Positions 1 through 10,936 of a stretch of DNA of 64,000 nucleotides are shown here, in pieces. Both the position numbers and the translations under genes were made by a program. This stretch comes from Stylophora pistillata (Eukaryota). Each line of letters starts with the position of its first letter. Position 1 is the first letter of the stretch. The notes below the pieces were generated by a model. The model was not told where the DNA came from, ran no database searches, and was given only the letters and a program-made list of their open reading frames with translations. The stretch lies in contig NW_019218008.1 in the NCBI RefSeq assembly GCF_002571385.2, forward strand, positions 229,280 through 293,279. The letters are read 5' to 3'.

Positions 1-277
1 GTAGATAAGGCACTCCGATTAGTAATCATTGATTTCAGATAATCAGGGGCGAGACCCGATTAAGAGATTTATAGACCATAGTGGCTGTTTTTAATTCTCG
101 TTAAAGATCAAGTTTTTCCCAGCCTAGTCTAACAAAGAGATCATCCGCATTGACATCATATGGAGAAGAGGTTCAGTACGCGCAGCGCGATTCTGTAGTT
201 TAATGGAAGGAGATTTATTGCAATTCCTCCATACGACACTACAGTAATCGAAATGGGGTTGAGCTAATGCATTATAG
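1..277 (-). mobile_element. Degenerate non-LTR retrotransposon (L2/CR1-like) ORF2 C-terminal fragment
   Basis: Minus strand reads YNALAQPHFDYCSVVWRNCNK..KLQNRAAR..DDLFVRLGWEKL*..MVYKSLN..LAPDYL, a typical post-RT region of L2/CR1 LINEs, with a stop and frameshifts. Confidence 0.8.
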
Positions 278-891
278 GTACCCCCGTCCCTGAGTCATTC
301 TGGCTCGGTTCCACCGAACTGAACAGGTAGGATGTCAATACCTGGAGTTCAGAATCCCAAAAGAAAAAGTTCTTCCTCTGTCAATTTATTTACTTACAGT
401 AACGAGGGTTTACGAACGAAACAACAGCTTGCAAAATTTGAAACGTACACCACCTTGGCGTTGTTTATTAAGCAAGATTTTTTCTTACTCTTCAACAATA
501 TTCAGTACTTCATCATTTAGATTCAACTTGTTTAGCCTTATGAGAAGCAAAGGGGATTGAAAAGCTTCACACATAAGTAAAGTAGATACAACCGTGTCTC
601 TAAACGTTAATTTTATAACGTATCAGCTATAATACACTCAGTTAAAAAAGAGAACAAGACACAGTGGTAATCACCGAAGGTCTTACTAGAGGAAAGTACA
701 ATGAGTCGACGAGAAACTTCAATCGTGATTGAAGTTCCCTTCCTGGGCTGTAAACCAATACTTACAGTTAAGGAAATTACTAAAGTAGCTACTTTCTTGA
801 AAATATACTTCCTATAATCCGGTTTGTAAAATGAATGGCTTGTTGTGGAAAATCTTAGGTAAGTCGTATTCTCCCGAGGGAAAAATAATTA

Positions 892-3800
892 TCATGAAAT
901 GACACAAAACCGGCTCCGTCCGTGACATGAGGCCATCCCGGCCACTATATGACCATTTCCAGAGGTTGACATCGACAAACGTGACACGGGAGGCCTGGGA
1001 AATTTGTTCTCCTTATTAGGCAACAGGGGGCGAGGAGGTGAGTCCAGATCAAGTCCCTCAGGGTCATGGCTACATTCGTTGGTATCTCGGTTGACAATAC
1101 AGACTTGACAGCCATTTTTGGTATTTACTGGAATAATACGGTTATTTATAACCAGTACTGTGCTGTCTGGGTGTTGATATATTCCTGGTGATGTGCACTG
1201 GTAGATATCGTTGCTGTCCACGTACCCTCGTGCATTTTCCATAATATTCACTCCATAGCTATCCGTGGATTGGATGCGGTTTCGAGTAATGTAAGGGTCT
1301 CCTGGTCCTCGGAGTTCAACGCCGCTCATTGCATTACAAAACAAATCATTTTCCTTAATTAGTCCTTTGCCAGATACAACGATACCATGCTTTCGGTTTC
1401 CATAGATACCATTACCGCTGACATTGGCAGCGCAGCCAATTTCAATGCAGACACCTGAGCTGCTGTTCCTACAAACACTATTATCTTGAATGGTAATCTC
1501 CGCTGGCTTGGCGATGCTAATACCGCAACCTTCGTTGTTATAAACGTTATTGCCCCGGATGAGCAGACCTTCACTTCCGGAAAAGTGGATCCCATGTCCC
1601 GCATTGTCAAAGATCGTATTATTATCAACACAAGCGAAATTCTTGTCTGGTCGAGGACCTGGTAAAATTTATGGGAAAAAAAAACATCAATCAATAAGTC
1701 AACCAAAGACCAGAGACAGGAAGATCACACAAAAAGACTGTTTTTTGGTGTAGAGGAAACTATTAAAACTGGTTGGCAAGTGTGCTGTTGTGCAGGCACT
1801 GTGTTTCTCAATGTTTTCTAGTGAATGAGAAAGGACACGTTAAAATGCACGCATCTGCGTACACGCTGTCTAGTTTTACTACTGCAACGCAGTAACCACA
1901 CACATTGGAGGTGCGTGTGATTGCCACGCATTACACGCGCTTGACACGTGTGGGGGTGCTGCAGCACACGCGAGAGGTAACGTACCACGTGATCATAATT
2001 ATAACGGAACTAAACAAAAAGCAATCGGCTTAAAACCTGTGCATCGTAAAAAACCTGGGAGCGAATCTTTTCTTTTTTTTGTGGCCTTGTCAAAAACGAA
2101 AACCTTTTGTAAGAGATGGGGAAATTCTTTCATAACAAATTAATCCATGATACAGAGGTGACAGTCATGCCTTAGATTAATAATAATAATAATAACAATA
2201 ATAGTAATAATTATAATAACTTCATTTAAATAGCGCTCATATTCTTTGCTCAAGGCACTCTACAATCATATAAAAAACATTATTAATAAATATTTACAAA
2301 TGTACAACCATATCTAATTATAAATTATGATACGTACACATAGCTGGAGTTCACAATGATTAAAAAAGAAAAATTAAAACTAAAGCAATAAACATAAATC
2401 TATAGAAACAATGATCTGTTATTAATAAATTTAGTAAACAAGTACGTCTTAAGTGCTCTTTTAAAACTCAAGATTAACACAAGAGGGAAATGTGAAGTTT
2501 TAAAGCCCCCATGCACCCTCTTCACTGAAGTTGTTCAGTTTACTTACCATTCAAGTCAACTGATTGCTCGTGGTCTTCAAAGTTTGAGGTAGAGGACAAA
2601 TCTTCATCAAAGAACAGAGGCTGAATTTGCTGTTCCTGAAAATCAATGTTACCCTTCAGAAAGTATTGACCAAAAATAACCTAAGAGACCAACCCACAAA
2701 CCAACCAACAAACTGACTGCCAGACCAACTAACAAACTGAATGACTAACTGACTAACACAGAAATTCTCACTTACCAGTGTCTGAAAGACAATGATTAAA
2801 TCTGGAAAGGAAGAAGTGTTTTTTTGTTTTTTTGGCAAGAAACGAATTGACAAATTCATAGGACAATATACCCTGAGGGCCCTGCAGCATAGTTTTCACA
2901 TCTTAAATTAAGAAAACATTATGTCAATTTCTCATGGCAACCACAACTATGAAGTCAATTTTTTTACAATTGCTTTCCAAAAATAAAACCCCTGTGTTTG
3001 AGCAACCTGCACATCTCACCTCTTGCTCTGACTGTGCAAACTGTGAACTGAGTTGTTGGTTGTCATGGTGAAGATCACTGTTACTAACAAGTGCCACCCC
3101 ACTGTCACCTCAGTCCACAATACGATTTCCATAGACAAGTGGTTTAGACACAGTTAGGATCCAGACCCCACAACCACTGTTGCCTGCACATTACAAATAA
3201 AAAGATTAACATTGGCTGTTAAATTTGTTCTTCAAAAGTCTTAAAAGGTATTTTTAATTCATTCAAGGGGTGCACACTGCAATTTGTTCCTAAAAATTCA
3301 CTATAAAAGTATCATACACCAAAAATAACTCTGGCTCATCTCCTGTGAAAGAACTTGTCAATTTCATGAGTGATATAGAACAAAGACAATAAAGAGGACA
3401 AGTCAAAAGAGCCTTGGAGAGTAATGAATTAAATAATGATTAACAAAATTTCACAGATTCTTGCACAGAAGTATGAATCATCTCAAGACAATGACAACAA
3501 TCAAGCTGATAGTAAAGGGACAATGTTACCTCAAGAATGTAATGCACTCCTTAACCAGCCTTCACAAGGATGTTTGGCCCAAATGGGCATCATTTTTAAG
3601 CTTGAGGGACAGGGGATTTTATAAGTTGAAGCACAGAAAACAGCCAGCCCAAATGCAAATTTTATGTTAATTTGGAGGACATGACAATTTCTTTGTACCC
3701 AACACGTTCTTTTAGTTAAGAGAAAAGTACAGAAAAGATGCTTAGTTTTCTAGCAGTTAGTGACAATAACTTACCTCGAATATCATTGTCCATAATGACT

Positions 3801-6800
3801 CCCTTCCCACCCTCCCCAATGACAATACCATCAGCATGCCCATCCCTGATCCAGTTGTTTGTGACCTCAGGGTTGCCACCATTACGAATGTCAACACCTC
3901 CCCACTCCATGCCACAGATGTCATTGTAGAGGATGTGACCTCTTCCTTCTTCCGTGACAGCCACGCCTGCTGCACGGCCGGCCCAGATTCTGTTGTGCCT
4001 GTAAAGTAATACAAAAGGACAGCAGGTTATTATAATTTAAAACAATAAGATGATAACGCAGTTTAATATTAAGCGCACAAACTGTGAAAATAGCATACTT
4101 GACAATAGGATTTCCTCTGTAAAGAATATAAACTCCTGCTTCTTTATTGTCATAAATGTCATTGTCCCTTATGACACCTTTGCCACGATCTAAGATGACC
4201 ACTCCAGATCGTTTCCCACTATGAATATGGTTGTGTTGTAAAATTGGATCTGAGCCACTTCGTATGTCTGCTCCAGCCTCTTTGTTCCCATAAATGTGGT
4301 TTCCAGCAACTAAACCAGTGGATCTCTCTCTGAAAAATATCCCAGATGTTCCACAATTGTGAATTCTGTTGTTCAAAATGATGACTTTGGCACCTGCAAG
4401 ACATTTCACACCATGTGACAAACGGCCAATTTCATTTCCTTCAATCCAGGCATGTCCCCTGCGCCTGACAAGCACTGCTCCCTTGCCAACACAAAAGCAG
4501 TTATTTCTTATAATGCAACCATGTATGGACCTCACAATGTCACGGCATTGTGTATCCAGGTAGTATCGTCTTGGGCGGGAATCACAACCAATGCTTTGAG
4601 GATTTTTAGATTGGCAGGTGTCACTGGTAGGAGCAGTCAATTGGCTGCTATTGATACCTTTTGGTTGACTGTCAATCCTTTTTGTACCAACTGGAGGACA
4701 TTTGCTATTCAGTGGCTGTACACCTTTGTCTGGAATTGCCTTCAGACCATTGCGTGCCCCCACCTCCCCATCAACGACTGACAGGTCGTACAAGTCTTCC
4801 AGACCAAGAGAGTCAATACCGTTGGATATCATCCAGTCATCAACAGGTCTGGATATTGGCCTGGGTCGTGAAATTGGTGGAAGCCCTTCTATGATCACAG
4901 CAGAGGTTTCATCCGTGCTAAACTTGCAATTTTCAATTCTGCTGTAACCAACAGAACGCAATGTAACAAAAGCATTATTAAAGGTACAGTAACGAATGAC
5001 AATACTTCCAGGTGATGACACTTGAACCTGGCCATGTTCCAAAACACAGTTATCCAACTGAACATGCCCAGTCCCAACCTAAAATTTGGAAGACACAATT
5101 AACTTTTTTGTTGATCAAATACTTTTTTCCACTTAACCCATTGACGTCCGGTGCGCCCTCATGCGCCCGGAAATAAACCCCCTCTGAAAAACCAGTGCGC
5201 CCTCATGCGCCCTGTCAGATATGACTCGTTTTTATTCGCTTTAGCTAAGAAACCGTAGTTCCCTGGGTATTGAAATATATCTGAACGTGACCTGCATAAA
5301 TTAACCTTTCATTTGATGTTATGTTTTTCATTCTGCGATTCCTGTGTGATTTTTAGCAAATTTTTGAAAATAGTGTTCAGTATTTTAGCATGGCTTCTCG
5401 CGTATTTGACGATACTTCGCGTTCTTCCGATGAAGAAGAAGAAATATTTCCTGGTTTTTCTCTCGAAGAAGTGGCTGAAATTCAACAGGAACGGCAGAGA
5501 AGGCTACAAGAAAACTCTGCGTGATGTTGATCGAGAAATCGGGTAGATCTTTGATTTCGGCAAGCACTAAGGGGAAACAAACTCCGATGTCCATATTTTT
5601 GTTAGCGAAGAAGAAGATGATGAAGTAGATAGCGACAACGAAGATATGCCTATAGGGTTCAATGGTCAAACACATTGAGTGAAATTGACATCGAAGAGTT
5701 TACCATAATTTCCTCATGGCCCAACGAAAGATCTTGGTGAGGGTGCAACATCGAAAGATTTCCTTAATCTTTTTATCGACGATGGGAGAAAATGAAGTGA
5801 TGGACGCACCTTCGAAACATATGCTTGTGAGCATTGCAGCTTTGCATTATGTCAGTAAATGTGTGGCGAACTCTCCTGCTTTTCAAAATAGCACAGAGGA
5901 AATTAATTCTTAAAAAACACTTAACCTTAGTTCTTAAATTGTACCTTGTTTTTTCTTTTTTTCCGTTCTTTAGAGCGCTGTATTAGGCCGTAAAGCCCAA
6001 TTTCATTTCACCTTCACTTTGCCAGTCGCAAACTGGTCAAAGATAAAAACAACTTTCTTTGTTTGGTATAATCTAAGCATTGTTCGTAGTCCTCTAACTG
6101 AAAGGGTTCTACTCAATCGATAGTTGTTTCATTCTTCAATAGTTCTATAGACAGTTTTCTGCCAGGTCTGTGTAGGCTTAACTTGTAACTTCTAGTTTTT
6201 TTTTTTACCTCGTGACTTTCACTGATGTCAGCACTGGTGGTAAATTCAAATTTGATCTGTGCAAGAAAACTTATGAATTTCACTCTCTTACCCGTGAGAT
6301 AGCCCGTTTTAATGCAAAATGATTTTGACTGATTCTTTTTGTTTGCATTTCTGCTGAGTTAAGAGCAGCAACTGAGACTTACCGTGGTTTTACAATGTTT
6401 TCATTCCCTTCTACATAGCAGGTAGTACAGTGATGGTCACTTTGTTCACTTGATGACCATACTTTAATATTTTTTTTAAAAAAGCATAACATACATCCTC
6501 AGGATTTAAGCAGTTTAAGTAATTCTTTATTGTATTGGGAATCATGTTTTTAAAGTTTCACTGCTGAAGAGTAAAACCAAGACATAAAATGGTAAATTTG
6601 TTTGGACCATGTAGTTTTTTTTCATCTGACAGCCATTTTGTCTGGATTTTCAGGGGTGGTCTGGGCTGAGGGCTTTGAACCCAATAGGGTGAAGGAAAAG
6701 ACAAATTTATTTTCAAATTGACAGCAAGAAGTTTAAAGCAAGGATACCAAATTACCATCAACTATTTGACCTTTTCCTAGAAATTAGAATTTTCCTTGAA

Positions 6801-8863
6801 ATAACACAACCCCAAGGAGAGGGGAAGGTAAAATTTTCATTCAATGTATAACATCATACATCACTTACACATCGACAAAAACCCAATTGTACATTATTTT
6901 GCATAATTGTGCAGAATTGCACCAAATCATTCAAAAGGATTTCAACAGGCTTTTGATAACAGCCCAAATCTGATTGGTGTAACATGCAAATGTAACAGGA
7001 TCATTAAGCCATATAAAAAATTATTGTTTTTAATACAGGAGAAAATCAAAAAAATTGATATACAATGGTAAAGATCAGAAACCCAAATCTAAAATTTAGG
7101 TTAATTTTTAAGGAAGAAAATCAGAACAACAATCCTGCTTTAAGCCTTCCAATTGCAATTGATCAGAGAATTAATAAAATTTTCTTGGAGCACTTGATGA
7201 CAGCAAAAAAATTCAATCCTTTTTTAAATTAAGTTTTTCCTTTCAAAACACAGTTTTACAGAAGTACCCCACACATTTCCTCCCATGTAAATGCACAATT
7301 GTTAATGATAGGATTGATGGAATTATTATCACTATTTAAGGTTTTTGGGAAAACGTTATCACGTTGTTTCAAATTATCACAAGCAGTGGGCTTCATTCTC
7401 TTGTGAACACTCAATTTCATAAAATCTCAGCTGAAATTCATCTACCCAATAACAAATATTTTGAAATTTAAAACACTACAACAAAGATACTAAAACCAAT
7501 TTGAAAACATTTTCAAAAGCTCTTTTTTCAGAGGGAGATTTGACCAGATTACATTTAATGAAAACAAGGTTCTCTGTTTTTTTTTTACACTAAGCAGCTG
7601 GCATGGCAAACATTCAAAGTTCCTTACAAGGAAAATCTAAAATACTGCTATTTTTTACGAAATGTGGCAGAAATTTAAAGTTGACCCATAGTAAATACAT
7701 ATTTGAAATTGGAACTAACACCTTCAAGAGAAATTTCCATTCCTCAGTTTCTCCTTGCTCTTGAGGAATAAAATTCGTCAAAATTGAGACGTGTCCTATT
7801 TTTGTTTGTATTGTTCAAGTTGGTAGCCTGCCCATCAAATTAAAAATAAAAATACACGAACACAAATAAACTTCATGGTCTGCTATAAGTCTTTATTTAA
7901 ACATTTTTACTTATGTAATAGATAAAGATTGGCAAGTGTATACTTTGTACTTTTTTGGCAAAATGTAGCTACTACTACTAGTAGTAGCTACATTTTAGAT
8001 AATAGATACTACTACTAGTAGACGTACAAAGATAGAAGAACACGGGCCTATGGGATCAGTAGTATATTGGCTTCACAACAGAGGTCTTGAACTTATGAAA
8101 ATGGAGATTGATATGTACGGTTATAAGTAAAGTTGTTCAGAGAAGAGAAATTTACGATCTCCGAACAGGCTAAGTCGCATGAACTAGGAAATTCCAAACT
8201 GGCATTATCAGATTTCGCGAAAATTATCTTTAGATCTAAATAAATTTCACTGACCTTCAAAATAACAGGCAGGGGATTCTGTGACCTCTGTACACCGGGT
8301 TGTAGAATAATATTTTGAATCCGTGTTGTCGAAGCTTGTTGTTCAATAGGAATCTGTAAATGAACATCTCCCAGTTGTCCTTCACCGCAAATCTCGATCG
8401 GAAACTTAACGCTCAGTACATGCTGTTCGTCGTACACACCAGCATTAAGAAGTAAACAGTCAAATGGCGCTGCCACAGCTATTGCGCTTTTAATGGTCAG
8501 AAATTCTCTTCCACGTCCAACTCGAAGAACACGCCGTCTTTCGAGCCTTCTTCTAAACAAATATAAGCAAGGGGCACAACGAACTTCTACACTCCTATTC
8601 ACCCATTGTTTTGAAGCCATATAATGAATCTTATATGTATCTTTCCATGAAGAAGGTTCTTTTTGTGTGTAATTTGGCCAGTTGGGATGTTTCCAACGCT
8701 TGGACGCCAAGAAGAGTTCTTTCCAACGAGTGGAATCCAAACTTTTCACAAGCTCCCTCCACTCTTGGCAAACTTGCGAACATCGACACAAATCTAGCAC
8801 TGAAAGGTGCTTTAATACAACCCGCCATAACTCCAATGGCAGTAAAACTTCTTTCTCAGGCAT
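892..8863 (-). CDS. FBXO10: F-box only protein 10-like (F-box + parallel beta-helix PbH1 repeats, C-terminal CaaX); contains an in-frame TGA at 3110-3112
   Basis: Phase-consistent GT-AG exons 8863-8255, 5078-4099, 3998-3775, 3183-3020, 2635-2548, 1658-892 (2832 nt, ~943 aa). F-box LPLELWRVVLKHL..CSQVCQEW followed by SLDSTRW and HPNWPN; GHVQLDNC; many N-x-I-x-x-x-x-x-x-G-[IV] repeats; ends CVIS*. These motifs match vertebrate FBXO10 as I recall it. Confidence 0.88.
2178..2470 (-). mobile_element. 3' end of an L2-like LINE with (TTA)n tail in an FBXO10 intron
   Basis: Minus strand SFKRALKTYLFTKF (typical ORF2 end), then a 3'UTR and a TTA-repeat tail at ~2178-2220. Confidence 0.6.
5133..5900 (+). 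mobile_element. Truncated piggyBac-like element (right end not located)
   Basis: Starts TTAA-CCCATTGACG with subterminal direct repeats GTGCGCCCTCATGCGCCC. Contains a degenerate acidic coding-like tract (SDEEEEIFPGFSLEE). End coordinate approximate. Confidence 0.45.
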
Positions 8864-9271
8864 TTATGCTAACTTCTGTCGAAGACGCTATCCATATTTT
8901 GGTCGGGGTAACTGTCTTTGCATGAAGAACACCTGAAGTTGATCTGCTCTCCAGCCGTCATATAATATTGCTTGAACGATGTCCAGTGAGCATGTATCGT
9001 GATTGGCTGGTATAACAAAAGGATACCGTGCGTTTACGTGCGTGTTGTTAGCCAACTTAGCCTTGGAGAGCTTTTTTAGGTTGTTTTTCACGAAAAATGA
9101 TGAGCCTATGTACCTCTCTTCCTGAACAGTTCCCTGACAATCCCTAAGATGATAATCGACAGGAAATTCTGAAAAAGATACTGTTGAGTAGGTGTGGTCG
9201 ATTTAAAAGTTTCTCGACACTAACCGGAAGTTTTCCCAATTCTAAAAGTTTCATAAGGATCCATGAGATAC

Positions 9272-9584
9272 ATACATCTTATTAACAAAGCGCGAGGGCC
9301 GTACTGGGAGAATATCGGCCCGAGGTCTTGACAGTACGGATCGAGCGCTAGCGCAGCGAGGTCCGTTCAAAAAAGACCGAGGGCCGATATTCTTCCAGTA
9401 CGGTCCCGAGCAAGCTTGGTTAATAAGAGATTTATTGTACGACTGAAGTTCAAAGGGACACAAGTGCGGTATCATTCGGGACAGTAGTGCCCGGTCCAAT
9501 ACTGAGAGAATATTGACCGGCAATAGAGCATTTTGATTGGCTGATTTTAGTTATTGGCCCTCTGACTGCCCGAGTCGTGTAATA
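9272..9584 (+). repeat. Dispersed non-autonomous repeat; second copy at ~63460-63707
   Basis: Near-identical sequence (GGGCCGATATTCTTCCAGTACGGTCCCGAGCAAGC...TTATTGGCCCTCTGACTGCC) at both sites, with internal inverted segments. Confidence 0.8.
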
Positions 9585-10191
9585 ATTAGGGCTATTCTTC
9601 TCAATCTGCCCTATCAGAAAATGTAATTTCCACCAGCAGCCTTTGGACCAATTTCATTTTGGCCTCCTGAATATCCGAGAAATAAAAATTTGAAACTATT
9701 ACGTCAAAGTTGCCATGCTAGAATGATACTTTTATCGTAAAAATAAAATAAAACAAGAGACATAACAGCAGAGAGCTCGGTTAGGGCACAAAATATGTCT
9801 GGAAATCACAGGTTTCCTCTAAATATCCCTCGAAAACAACTAATTAACCAACCTCGTTACTATACCAGGGCCTTTTCCCTCAGGAAAACGCCCTGGGAAC
9901 GAGGTTATCTAATTATACCAGAAAATTTCCAACAATCTTCAAATAACTCCCCCCCCCCCAATTCAAAGAGAGAAAATGGCATGCACATTTTGTCCGAAAG
10001 CTAATCCTTTTTTCATCCAATTAGCATACAATCTTCCAGCTGATCTGACTTTAGGCAATCGGTTTTTCAAATAAATGGATAAAGAACAAAAATACTGCAA
10101 CTTTTCTTCAAAATAATCCGGTAATATCGCAATAATCACATGCGAGAAATCCCCAAAATTTAAAAAATTCTTGCGACATCCAACTTTTTGT

Positions 10192-10740
10192 ATAGGTAAT
10201 CACACGATTTGGAGTGCAATTTGGAATAAATAAGCACGGGTGAATTTTTTCAAAGACTAACAAAATTACATGAGCAAGTAGGGCGAGTGCAATTTGAGGT
10301 CTTTGAAAAATTTACAAGTGCTTATTTATTCCAAATTGCACTCGAAATATCATATGATTATGTATGAATAATATACATGAAAAAAAAAAGTGATAGCTTA
10401 TCATAATTATGCAGAAGAAAATAATTTATTCAAACTCTGCAAGTGACATTCAGTGTGTTCGGTCAAAACAACCGCGTGCGATCAAAACAATAAGATTAAA
10501 TGAAATTTTCACATCTTTAAGGCGCAAAAAATTTCAAAGTCCGGCAAAACAGTTCACTTCAGTGAGTTTGGTACTTCTGTGAGCTTCTTTGATTATTGAC
10601 CAAGCAGAATATCTGGTCGGTTACTTTCTTTGCACTGAATTACCCTCCTCTGCGCTGAATTAACTCTCTTCTGCACTGAATTACCTGAAAACTGCATTTA
10701 CCTTAACCAATCAAAACTGAGTAATTTTTCCATGTATATT
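10192..10740. repeat. MITE-like repeat with internal inverted repeats
   Basis: GAGTGCAATTTGGAATAAATAAGCAC (~10212) is inverted at ~10318-10344 (GTGCTTATTTATTCCAAATTGCACTC). Confidence 0.55.
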
Positions 10741-10936
10741 CTAAGAAAAAAAAAAGCTACAATATTTACATTTACTCCTTAGAGGGTGGTACCCAGTCAC
10801 TCCTCTTCTCCTCCCCCCCTCCCATGTGACTTGTCCGGATGATACACTGGGTACGAGAGGAACCGCAATCAAAGCTTGGAAACCACTCTCTATTCTTTCT
10901 TTTCTTCTCGGCTGTTTTTCTTTTGTCACGAAGAAT

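Noticed and set aside
400-891. Canonical SECIS element in the FBXO10 3'UTR
   Set aside because: I checked each RUGA on the minus strand by eye. The best candidate (GUGAAGCUUUUCAA...AAGGCUAAA, ~570-530) lacks the 3' GA of the quartet, and the others lack helix II or the apical AA. Not supported without a covariance-model search.
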